Assembly: GCA_005223125.1 (NCBI GenBank)
Contig: NJBH01000006.1
Span: forward strand, 46,316 to 110,315
Direction of reading: 5' to 3'
From: Promethearchaeota archaeon Loki_b32
GTDB taxonomy: Archaea > Asgardarchaeota > Lokiarchaeia > Sigyniarchaeales > SOKP01
Length of the DNA stretch: 64,000 nucleotides
Within the stretch, counting starts at the first letter, position 1. Every line of letters begins with the position of its first letter. A program made the position numbers and the translations under genes. The notes beneath the pieces were generated by a model. The model was not told the DNA's origin, searched no databases, and was given only the letters and a program-made list of their open reading frames with translations. Of this stretch, positions 10,403 through 19,074 are shown one piece after another.

Positions 10403-11755
10403 TTATTCATTATTTTTTTTCTTAAACTCTTCTTTAGGTCCTTTACAACCAGGACATTTGAAATCACCGGGTAGATCTTTAAAGAGGACTCCCATTTTAG
10501 ATTCATCATATTCTTTTCCGCAATTGTTGCATATATAAGTATATAATTCTAATAACTTTTTCAACTCATCAATGTCTACATCTTGTTCCATCTTGCTGTA
10601 TACATAAGACATAGCTTTATTTTCACCAAATAAGATAGCTCCTTTAAGTTTACTTTCTTTAAGAATTATTTTTTGATAACAACAATCTTTTTTATCAGCT
10701 TTTTTCAAAATTTCCCAAGCGCCACCTTCTTCCTTTGAAGGATCTATAATCCCTATCGAAGTTAATTCTAATCCAACAATTTTGAGTGTACTTTTAGGAG
10801 TTGTTCCTTTATAATCAACTTTTTTTAATCCAAGTACAGAAGAAGCAACAATTTTTGATTGTTCCATACACGCTGGAATAATGCCCCAGATTTGATTTTT
10901 ATATTCTATACAATCCCCAACAGCAAAGATATCTTTTTCGCTGGTTTCTAAAAATTTATTAACAATAATTCCCCTTTTTGTATCTAAATTTGCATCTTTA
11001 GCTAATTCATTCGTAGGCCTAATACCTGCTTGAATTAATATGATATCTCCTTTTATTATTTCCCCTCCTTTTAACATAATTCCAGATACTGTTCCATTTC
11101 CTATTATCTCTTCAGTGGTAGCATCTAAAACAACTTTAATTCCTCTACTTTCAATTTCATTTCTTAACATTCCACCACATTCTATATCTAACTGTCTTGG
11201 CAATAAACGAGGGAAAAATTCTACAACTGTTGTGTTTAAATTGTTATTATTCATTTGATTTGCTAATTCTAACCCAAGCAATCCACCACCAATTATGATT
11301 GCTTTTTTAGCATTTTTACTCTTAATAAAATCTTTTATCTCTAAAGCATCATCAATACTTCGTAAAGTAAATAAACCGGTCCTTTTATCTTTCATTTCAA
11401 CAGCATTCTTAATAGGAGGAATATTGGGGGTACTTCCGAGAGCTAAAACAAGTTTATCATATGCAATAGGGTCATCTTTACCCTCAATTTGAATTGTTTT
11501 ATTATTTGGATTGATTTTATTGATTTTTTTGTTTAAATGTAAATTTAACCGCTTGTTTTTATACCAATCTTCTTTAAAAACAATTAAATCATCAATAGTT
11601 ACTTTTTCAGATATCAATTCTGGTAAATTGACTCTTGTATAGTAAGGATATTTCTCTTGTGTATATATATCGATTTTTACATCATTATTGAGAGATCTTA
11701 TATTTTGAGCAGTAAAAGTCCCAGCTACATTATTCCCTATTATTACAACTTTCAT
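10403..11755 (-). CDS. NAD(P)H:rubredoxin oxidoreductase-like flavoprotein with fused C-terminal rubredoxin domain
   Basis: VVIIGNNVAG and IIGGGLLGLE dinucleotide loops, AVGDC; C-terminal CNNCG...CPGCKGPKEEF rubredoxin-type knuckles. Confidence 0.8.
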   Translation of the reverse strand: MKVVIIGNNVAGTFTAQNIRSLNNDVKIDIYTQEKYPYYTRVNLPELISEKVTIDDLIVFKEDWYKNKRLNLHLNKKINKINPNNKTIQIEGKDDPIAYDKLVLALGSTPNIPPIKNAVEMKDKRTGLFTLRSIDDALEIKDFIKSKNAKKAIIIGGGLLGLELANQMNNNNLNTTVVEFFPRLLPRQLDIECGGMLRNEIESRGIKVVLDATTEEIIGNGTVSGIMLKGGEIIKGDIILIQAGIRPTNELAKDANLDTKRGIIVNKFLETSEKDIFAVGDCIEYKNQIWGIIPACMEQSKIVASSVLGLKKVDYKGTTPKSTLKIVGLELTSIGIIDPSKEEGGAWEILKKADKKDCCYQKIILKESKLKGAILFGENKAMSYVYSKMEQDVDIDELKKLLELYTYICNNCGKEYDESKMGVLFKDLPGDFKCPGCKGPKEEFKKKNNE

Positions 11756-11951
11756 AGAATAACTAGTTTGTAGATCTTATTTTAAAGTTATTATTATATA
11801 ATGTAATCTTTAAGGATAATCTCTATGTACCTGTACGAAATTATAATTATATTATAATCTATATACTCATTCATTGTAACAATATCAAAAAAACAAAGGT
11901 TAAAAGTCCCTAAAATTAAGAAGTAATAAAAAAATAGAAATAATTAAAATT

Positions 11952-12338
11952 TTAATCAAGAAGTCTTTTTTCTCCTTTTAGAGTTTGTATTTTACTAATT
12001 TCTTGAGTTACTTCCAGTGTTCCTAAGTAATTTCCTTCACTATCTCTTACAGGAAAATATCGAATATATAAGAATAAATCGCCTAAAGGAATCCAAAACT
12101 CAGCAAAATCTCTTGTATTTTCTTTAAATCCCTTCAATATCTCATTTACCTTATCAAGGCTTTTAGGCGGATGACAATTTTGAATTTTTTTTCCTATTAC
12201 AGCTGGAGTTCGTTTAAAAATTCTCTTATCTCCTTTGCTATAATATTTTACTTTATCCTCTGCATCAATAAAAGACATTTCAAGAGGTAAAGTATCAATA
12301 ATTAATTCTATTAACTCAATTGGTAAGTTTTCTAACAA
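11952..12338 (-). CDS. PAS-like sensor domain protein (COG2461 / DUF438-associated type)
   Basis: RTPAVIGKKIQNCHPPKSLDKVNEILKGFKENTRDFAEFWI matches, from memory, the conserved core of the PAS module found with DUF438/hemerythrin proteins. Confidence 0.5.
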   Translation of the reverse strand: MLENLPIELIELIIDTLPLEMSFIDAEDKVKYYSKGDKRIFKRTPAVIGKKIQNCHPPKSLDKVNEILKGFKENTRDFAEFWIPLGDLFLYIRYFPVRDSEGNYLGTLEVTQEISKIQTLKGEKRLLD

Positions 12339-12452
12339 TTCTTCTTCACTGGTATAATTATTAAGTTGATATAATTTAGTTTAGCATTTTATATATTTTA
12401 AATGAACATGTTCGAAATTAAAATTATATAATCACTTCCATTTGATTTAATC

Positions 12453-13238
12453 ATGACTGAAGCAAAACAAAATAAAATAATAAAAAGAAAAATCATTGAG
12501 ATTGATGAAGATCTTTGTACAGGATGCGGAAATTGTGTTGTAGATTGTGCAGAGGGAGCTTTAAAAGTAATCGATGGAAAAGCTAGGGTTGTAAATGAAG
12601 TTTTCTGCGATGGTCTCGGTGCTTGTATTTCTGGTTGCCCTGAAGGCGCACTTGAAATAATCGAAAGAGAAGCTTTAGAGTTTAATGAGGAGGCTGTCGA
12701 GAAACATTTAGAGTCTATGAACCATAATGAACAGGTTGAAACGGAACAAATAAAGCAGATTGTTAATGAACATGCACATCAATGTGGGTGCCCTTCAGCT
12801 CAAACAATGATTTTTAATGAACCTGAGGTACAAACAGAAGTAGCGGGAAAGATTCCTTCAGCTCTACGACAGTGGCCTGTTCAAATGCATTTAATCAATC
12901 CTCGAGCACCATATTATCAAGGGGCAGATGTATTGCTCGCGGCTGATTGTGTTGGTTTTTCCTATGGTGATTTTCATAGAGATTTCTTGAAAGAAAAGTC
13001 GATAGCGATTGCCTGTCCTAAACTTGACCAAGGGAAAGACATTTACATAGAAAAAATTAAATCCTTGATTGATGACGCGAAAATAAACACATTAACAGTT
13101 GTTATGATGGATGTTCCATGCTGTTCAGGCTTATTAGCTTTAGCTCAAGAAGGTGCAAAACGGGCAAGCAGAAAAGTTCCTATTAAATTCGTAGTTGTAG
13201 GCATACAAGGAAATATTATAAAAGAAGAATGGATATAA
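12453..13238 (+). CDS. 4Fe-4S dicluster domain protein with Cys-rich C-terminal domain
   Basis: CTGCGNCVVDC and CDGLGACISGCP; C-terminal ADCVGF...ACPKLD...DVPCCSGL. Confidence 0.6.
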   Translation: MTEAKQNKIIKRKIIEIDEDLCTGCGNCVVDCAEGALKVIDGKARVVNEVFCDGLGACISGCPEGALEIIEREALEFNEEAVEKHLESMNHNEQVETEQIKQIVNEHAHQCGCPSAQTMIFNEPEVQTEVAGKIPSALRQWPVQMHLINPRAPYYQGADVLLAADCVGFSYGDFHRDFLKEKSIAIACPKLDQGKDIYIEKIKSLIDDAKINTLTVVMMDVPCCSGLLALAQEGAKRASRKVPIKFVVVGIQGNIIKEEWI

Positions 13239-13260
13239 TTTTTTTATAATTTTTATTTAA

Positions 13261-13914
13261 TTATTTTTCGAATAAGACTTTCTTTTTAATGATTTTTCTA
13301 AGCATCACTGATAGTGCTGATTTAGATTTACCCATCTTGTTAGCTAATTCTTCTAGAGAAATTTTTCGAGGAATTTCAAAAAATCCTAAAGAGATTGCTT
13401 TATCAAGTATATTTGATTCATTATAAGTTAACTTGTTTTTATCATCTTCAATATTATATGGAGAAATTCCAATTCTGAGTAATTCAAATTTAATATTTTT
13501 CTGTTCAAAAATGGTTAATAATTGATCTATCCGATCTCTGCTTGATATTAACCTCCAATATGCAAATCCGTCTTCTACTCTTACTGGGAAGTCCACAAGA
13601 ACTCCACATTTTATAATAGCATATAGCAAATAAGGATCTTTTGTTTTTACATTAAAAACTGCTTTATTTTCTTCCATTTCTAAAATACTTAGCTCAAAAA
13701 CAGAAGAATGATTTCTAATGACTTCTAATATAGAGTCTAAATTGTAATGTTTTATTTCAATTACGCTATTACCAATGGATCTCTCAAGATCATAGGGAAG
13801 AAAATGTGAAATTTCCATTTTTATATCAGGAAAGTGATTAAAAATTTCAGAGATCCATATTTGTTTTGGAAACTTAATCTTGATTCTTGCTAAACTCGCT
13901 TTACTTGAATCCAT
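13261..13914 (-). CDS. HTH_10 (Bat-like) DNA-binding regulator
   Basis: C-terminal LTYNESNILDKAISLGFFEIPRKISLEELANKMGKSKSALSVMLRKIIKK fits the LTxxQxxxLxxAxxxGYFxxPR HTH_10 pattern. Confidence 0.6.
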   Translation of the reverse strand: MDSSKASLARIKIKFPKQIWISEIFNHFPDIKMEISHFLPYDLERSIGNSVIEIKHYNLDSILEVIRNHSSVFELSILEMEENKAVFNVKTKDPYLLYAIIKCGVLVDFPVRVEDGFAYWRLISSRDRIDQLLTIFEQKNIKFELLRIGISPYNIEDDKNKLTYNESNILDKAISLGFFEIPRKISLEELANKMGKSKSALSVMLRKIIKKKVLFEK

Positions 13915-14000
13915 CTTTAAATATTAGTATTTTAGCCTTTAAAACTTTTTTTTATTCAATAATGATTAATTATTAATAAAAACAAGTTAAATGCATTATT

Positions 14001-14603
14001 ATGGTAGAAAGAAAGAATCTTTTACTTGGAATTTGTGGAAGTCCTAGAAAACAGGGAACTGAATATGCGGTTCAATATGCCTTGAACTATGCAGCGGAAA
14101 AATTTGAATTTGATACTGAGTTTTGGAGTGTCAGAAATAAACAAATTAACTTTTGTCTTCATTGTGATTATTGCATTCGAGAAAAAAAAGGGTGTGTTAG
14201 TAAAGATGACATGGAGGAGCTTTATAGCAAATTGGAAGAAGCTAAATTTCTTCTTTTTGGTACCCCAATTTTTCAAGGTAATTTATCGGGTCAACTGAAA
14301 ACTTTAATGGATCGCTGTCGTGCTATGATTGCTAAGAATCCGGATGTATTTAAAAACAAAATCGGGGCAGCTCTGGCAATTGGGGGAGATCGAAGTGGAG
14401 GACAAGAAATTGGAATCAGAAGTATTTTAGATTTCTTTCAGCAAAATCATGTAATAACTGTATCTGGTGGTGCTTTTGGAGCTAATCTTGGTGCAAGCTT
14501 ATGGAGTAGAGATATGGGAAAACAAGGTATCGAAGAAGACGAAGATGGTTTGAGAACAATCCGAAAAGTAATAAAAAGAATGGTAGAATTTAAAAAAAAT
14601 TAA
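14001..14603 (+). CDS. iron-sulfur flavoprotein (Isf) / NADPH-dependent FMN reductase family
   Basis: GICGSPRKQG flavodoxin-like loop and compact cluster motif CLHCDYCIREKKGC (CxxCxxCx6C). Confidence 0.75.
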   Translation: MVERKNLLLGICGSPRKQGTEYAVQYALNYAAEKFEFDTEFWSVRNKQINFCLHCDYCIREKKGCVSKDDMEELYSKLEEAKFLLFGTPIFQGNLSGQLKTLMDRCRAMIAKNPDVFKNKIGAALAIGGDRSGGQEIGIRSILDFFQQNHVITVSGGAFGANLGASLWSRDMGKQGIEEDEDGLRTIRKVIKRMVEFKKN

Positions 14604-14616
14604 ATTTTAGAAATAA

Positions 14617-14913
14617 CTATTTAACTCCAAATAATTTCTTTGCTTCTTTCTCTCTAAGTCCGGAGATACCCCAGAGCTCCTTAAACCAGTATTTTCCTTT
14701 ATGTATAACAACAGGGGTATTCACAATACAGCCATCAGCGTCACAGAATGTCTTTAAGAAATTATCATCATGTAATAGCTCGTGTACAAATTCCTCATCA
14801 TTTATATCTCGTTCAATGTATCTAACGTTGCGTTCATTTAACCATTCTTTTAGTTCGTGGCATCTGTGGCAATTCTCCTTTGTTATCACTAAGGGAGTCT
14901 TTGATTCAGCCAA
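14617..14913 (-). CDS. glutaredoxin/NrdH-like thioredoxin-fold protein
   Basis: CHRCHELKEWLNERNVRYIERDI: CxxC followed by the typical Grx beta-alpha-beta context. Confidence 0.65.
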   Translation of the reverse strand: MAESKTPLVITKENCHRCHELKEWLNERNVRYIERDINDEEFVHELLHDDNFLKTFCDADGCIVNTPVVIHKGKYWFKELWGISGLREKEAKKLFGVK

Positions 14914-15068
14914 TTATTATCATCTCATTTTTATTGTTTCTTTAAAGGTTATCTTTAAAATAAATAAAAGGTATAAAAAATATTTAGATTCTAATTTATA
15001 AAAAAATTGATTATATTTTTTATTAGATATCTTAAAAAATTAATCAATGGTTTGATAATATAAAAAAA

Positions 15069-15263
15069 TTATTTGTAATTCTCTGGTCTTTTTCTCTTTA
15101 GACTATCCTTATATGAGAGTAACATTTGTTCAAACAATTCTGGACCCAAGAATAATTGATAACATGTTTTCCAAACCACCTTTTGGGTTTTCTTATCAAT
15201 TTTTCTTTTTCTATTTATATTAATATTATTTGGGATCTGATAGAGATCAACAATTTCCTTCAA
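15069..15263 (-). pseudogene. probable out-of-frame 3' continuation of the LAGLIDADG domain of the upstream ORF
   Basis: This frame stays open upstream across the TAA of 15281..17158. Its length and pattern fit the missing second half of LAGLIDADG domain 2. Confidence 0.45.
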
Positions 15264-15280
15264 AAAGCATTTCTTTGTAT

Positions 15281-17158
15281 TTAAAATCTTGCCGACATAC
15301 CTCCATGATGATTTCCATCCCCATCATAAAATCCCATTAAAAAATTCAATGCTAATCGCCCATCCTCTGTTAGTATTAATTTCCCATCTGGATTTGCTTT
15401 TCTGGCTTGACTTATAAGATCTTTTATAATATATGGAACATGGCCTTTATACTTAAACTTAAGAATTCCAAGTTTTACTAAATCAAACCACATTGGCTTG
15501 CAGCCGAAAAAAACTCTTGAACTAAGTATGGTTCTTAACTCTCCATTTTCATCTTTATATAAGTAAGTTTCATCAAAAATTCGATCCTGTTCATACCCTA
15601 CAGCGGTAGCAAATTTTTCTACCACAATTCGATCTTTTCTTTTTAATTTAAGTTGTATTTGGTAATGTTTGTTGCCATATTGAGAAACCCATCCATCTGA
15701 GCACAACCATCCAAACCAATACATTATTTGAGGATCTTTGTTTATATCACTGAAGAAATTAGGTTTCGTTATAGTATATTTCTGGTTAGCATAATCTGGT
15801 ATTTCAGGATTGCAATTTTCATATTTTTCAACTAATTTTATAACTTTTTTAGCTTTATTACCTAAAAATAATTTTAAATTATCTCTTATTATTGACAATC
15901 TTCTTTTCGTTAATATAAAATTTTTATTTCCTCGAATGTATCCCATCATTCGATATCCATATCCGAAAATTAAAGCAATATCTCCAAGTGTAGTTGTAAC
16001 ACTCTTAGAAATCTTTCCTAACTCATTTCGAAGTTTTTTGATAAGTAAATCAAGAGATATATGACATTCTTTATGAGAATTTATTAATTCATAACAGAAA
16101 TTAGCTTTATTTCCAAATTTCTTTCTTATTTTTTTTTCCAATTCATTGAGATTTTTTTCAGGAAGGATGTATTTTGAGTTTTTCTTATGATATTGCAGTC
16201 TTTCTGAAACATATCCGTCATGGTGTCCCCATAATTTCGAGAGATCTTTCAAAGTAAATCCACTATGACCTCTTAAAACTCTATTTGGATTTAAATTATA
16301 CATTTCTTTTGGATAATTATTTAATATATTCAACAATTCATCTATGAAATTTTTTACATTGTACTCCATAGAATCAATTTCTTCTTCAAATGGCAGACCA
16401 TCTTCTCCCATTTTAATGTTTTTAGTGTCTTTACCATAATATAGTAAATAAAAAGGATAATGTTTTAGATCTTTTAGAATAGTTGCTTGAAATTTGGGAA
16501 GATTTTTCATTTCCCACATATCAGAGACTAACCTAAACACTAATTTTGTTAACCATAATAAATAGATTATAAAATGCTTTCGATACTCTTGAATTGAACG
16601 TAATTTTGTTTGTAATAGTTTCAACCATTCCTCAAATTCCTCAGTTGTTAACTCATGTAGATTCTCTAAATAAGAACTATGTATTCGCTTGTCTATTATA
16701 GGTTTAACTTTTTTTGTAAGAGTGATGAGAATGGATTGCGTTAAACCTACTTGATGTATATTTACATCATTATCTTGCTCCCATTCTCTTATATTCTTAT
16801 AAATTAAACGAGAAATTACAACAATTAAATTTTCTTTAAAGATTTTAGGGAAGCCTTTATCTCCCATAATCACATTTACAGAATACTTTTTGGTTTTTGT
16901 CAGTTTACTGATACTTTTAACTATAGACTTTTTCTTTTTTTTAACTTTATCTTTAGAATTTGAGGTTCTCTCATAGTTCTCTTTAATAATTCCCTCTTGA
17001 GGACTAATACTCGAAATATTAATCTCTATTCCACAGAATTCACAGACTGCAGATTCTTGTTCTTTAATTATTTTTTGAATAATATCATTTTGAAATTCCC
17101 AACCACAATATTTACAAGAATTTGAAGGACTCTTCTGATTTTCAATCATATAAAACAA
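15281..17158 (-). CDS. Zn-ribbon protein with C-terminal double LAGLIDADG homing-endonuclease-like domain (truncated or frameshifted)
   Basis: N-terminal CKYCGWEF...CEFCGIEI; motifs FGWLCSDGWV and LMGFYDGDGN about 125 aa apart; the ORF stops only 12 aa after the second motif. Confidence 0.6.
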   Translation of the reverse strand: MFYMIENQKSPSNSCKYCGWEFQNDIIQKIIKEQESAVCEFCGIEINISSISPQEGIIKENYERTSNSKDKVKKKKKSIVKSISKLTKTKKYSVNVIMGDKGFPKIFKENLIVVISRLIYKNIREWEQDNDVNIHQVGLTQSILITLTKKVKPIIDKRIHSSYLENLHELTTEEFEEWLKLLQTKLRSIQEYRKHFIIYLLWLTKLVFRLVSDMWEMKNLPKFQATILKDLKHYPFYLLYYGKDTKNIKMGEDGLPFEEEIDSMEYNVKNFIDELLNILNNYPKEMYNLNPNRVLRGHSGFTLKDLSKLWGHHDGYVSERLQYHKKNSKYILPEKNLNELEKKIRKKFGNKANFCYELINSHKECHISLDLLIKKLRNELGKISKSVTTTLGDIALIFGYGYRMMGYIRGNKNFILTKRRLSIIRDNLKLFLGNKAKKVIKLVEKYENCNPEIPDYANQKYTITKPNFFSDINKDPQIMYWFGWLCSDGWVSQYGNKHYQIQLKLKRKDRIVVEKFATAVGYEQDRIFDETYLYKDENGELRTILSSRVFFGCKPMWFDLVKLGILKFKYKGHVPYIIKDLISQARKANPDGKLILTEDGRLALNFLMGFYDGDGNHHGGMSARF

Positions 17159-17504
17159 TAAATCCTATTTATATTTAAATAAAAAATGTCAAAATTGAAT
17201 TCATAATAATTTTAAAATCTAGGTATTTAAAGCAAAAAGAAGAAGTACTCTGGATTTTTATCTTTTGTTAATGTATTGATCTACACTGTATGTTCGCCCT
17301 CCTCCCCCTATGTGAACTTACAAAAGAAAAACGATATCCAATGAAGATAAATTCTTATAAAAAATATTTTAAAATTATCTATGGAAACTATTGAAAATAA
17401 AAATAAAACACAACTTTTCACATTCCTTTTTACTTTATTTTCGGTAATTTTTAATAATTTATTATGATCAGATTCTTATTTTTTATTCTTATTCTTATCT
17501 TAAG

Positions 17505-17954
17505 ATGGATCAAAAAACTCAAAATGAAGCATTTAATAGCTATGTAAAAATTCTATTTAATAGTTTGGGTTGGAAAGAGAGAGCTTTCGCTGCTCAAAAT
17601 CTTGGTCAACTAAAAGAAGGGAGAGCAACTAACATTTTAGCTAGAGCTTTGAAATCGGAGAAAGATGATGTTGTTATTAACCGTATAATTGAGGCTATGG
17701 GTGAGATTAAAGATCCAAAAGCTACAATGCTAATAGTCAATTTTTTAAAACAAGAGTTAGAAAAGCCTGAAGAAGATCAAAATAAAACAAGATTATTTAT
17801 AGTTATAGAAAGCCTTATGAAAATTGGAGATAAAAGAGCACTAGAGCATTTAGGCATATTATTAGATTCCTGTCATAGTGATATCAGAAAACTTACAGAA
17901 GAAGCTTTTGAGTGTATCGATCCAAAATGGAAACTAAATATAAAATCTGTTTGA
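17505..17954 (+). CDS. HEAT/PBS-lyase-like repeat protein
   Basis: Repeats of the type RAFAAQNLGQLKEGRATNILARALKSE..VVINRIIEAMGEIKDPKA. Confidence 0.65.
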   Translation: MDQKTQNEAFNSYVKILFNSLGWKERAFAAQNLGQLKEGRATNILARALKSEKDDVVINRIIEAMGEIKDPKATMLIVNFLKQELEKPEEDQNKTRLFIVIESLMKIGDKRALEHLGILLDSCHSDIRKLTEEAFECIDPKWKLNIKSV

Positions 17955-17992
17955 ATCAAAAACTTTTTTAAAAATGAGGAAAAAATAAAATT

Positions 17993-18304
17993 ATGTCTGA
18001 ACTTATTGAAAAACTAGCACAATCTGTTGAGGGTTCTAAGAAAAATAGAGATATTACAATACTCACCTTGTCTACGTGTATGTGGTGCAAAAAATGTAAA
18101 ACTTGGTTGAAAGAACGTGATGTACAATATAAATATGTCGATGTAGATCAAATTGATTTTAAAGAAAAATCAAAAATAATAGATTATTTAAGAGATAAAT
18201 ATCAAAGTAGAATTTCATATCCGTTTATGATCTGTGATGATGAGTTTGTAGTAGGTTATAATCCAAATAGATATGAAGAATTAATGAAAACTGGAGGGGA
18301 TTAG
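17993..18304 (+). CDS. glutaredoxin-like protein
   Basis: CMWCKKCKTWLKERDVQYKYVDVD; 1-nt gap to the FTR-like gene. Confidence 0.65.
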   Translation: MSELIEKLAQSVEGSKKNRDITILTLSTCMWCKKCKTWLKERDVQYKYVDVDQIDFKEKSKIIDYLRDKYQSRISYPFMICDDEFVVGYNPNRYEELMKTGGD

Positions 18305-18305
18305 A

Positions 18306-18671
18306 ATGGATATGAAAACAAAAGATGGAATGCTGGAATATTGTAATAAAGTTTGTGATACAAATAATTGGATATTGAATAAAGATCAAGAAACTCTAAA
18401 TAATTTGATTGAAGGTTTAGTGGATAATAAAAATAATCTCGGATATCAATCATGCCCATGTCGTCTTGCCTCTGGTAATCGAGATTTAGACCGAGATTTA
18501 ATATGCCCTTGTGATTATGCTCCGTTAGATATAAATGATTATGGCACGTGTTATTGTAATTTATACTTCCGTTCTGATTTCTATGAAACTGTTGGAGAAT
18601 TATTTGTTCTTGTTCCAGAAAGAAGGCCTGTTGAGAAAGAAAAAGCTGTTTTAGAACATTTTAAAAAATAA
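18306..18671 (+). CDS. ferredoxin:thioredoxin reductase catalytic-subunit-like protein
   Basis: CPC...CPC...CYC arrangement (SCPCRLASG...LICPCDY...GTCYCNLY), equivalent to the FTRc CPC/CPC/CHC cluster-disulfide motif. Confidence 0.8.
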   Translation: MDMKTKDGMLEYCNKVCDTNNWILNKDQETLNNLIEGLVDNKNNLGYQSCPCRLASGNRDLDRDLICPCDYAPLDINDYGTCYCNLYFRSDFYETVGELFVLVPERRPVEKEKAVLEHFKK

Positions 18672-19074
18672 TTTTTGTTTCTAAATTTCTTTTTTTCTAT
18701 TAAATTAAATTATTTAATTTGAACTTCATTTTTTATTTATAAATAAAATCCTTAAATAGTACAGTTACTCTTTGTAAATTATGACAGATAATGAAATAAC
18801 TGATGATGAATTAGAAGAAGAACTCGATAAATCTTTTAGAGAAAATGAAGCTAAAAGAGACTGGTGTGGTAAACCTATGCCAAGCTCACGTGAAACAGGA
18901 GTCCAAAGAACAAATGTCAAACTTAAAAAAGATTAATATTTTTCTTTTTCTTAAATTTTTCAGGATAGTATTCAAATACATTAAATTTTAAAACTTGTTT
19001 TTGACATCAAATATCAATTCAGTATGGTAGATCTTATGGTCAAAGAGAGAATATGTGCAAATTATTAATGTAGT

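Noticed and set aside
18781-18936. 51-aa ORF (MTDNEITDDELEEELDKSFRENEAKRDWCGKPMPSSRETGVQRTNVKLKKD) in the 400-nt spacer after the FTR-like gene
   Set aside because: It has an ATG and is not overlapped by another gene, but it has no SD-like element or motif. Ribo-seq or homologs would be needed to support it, so it is not reported as a gene.
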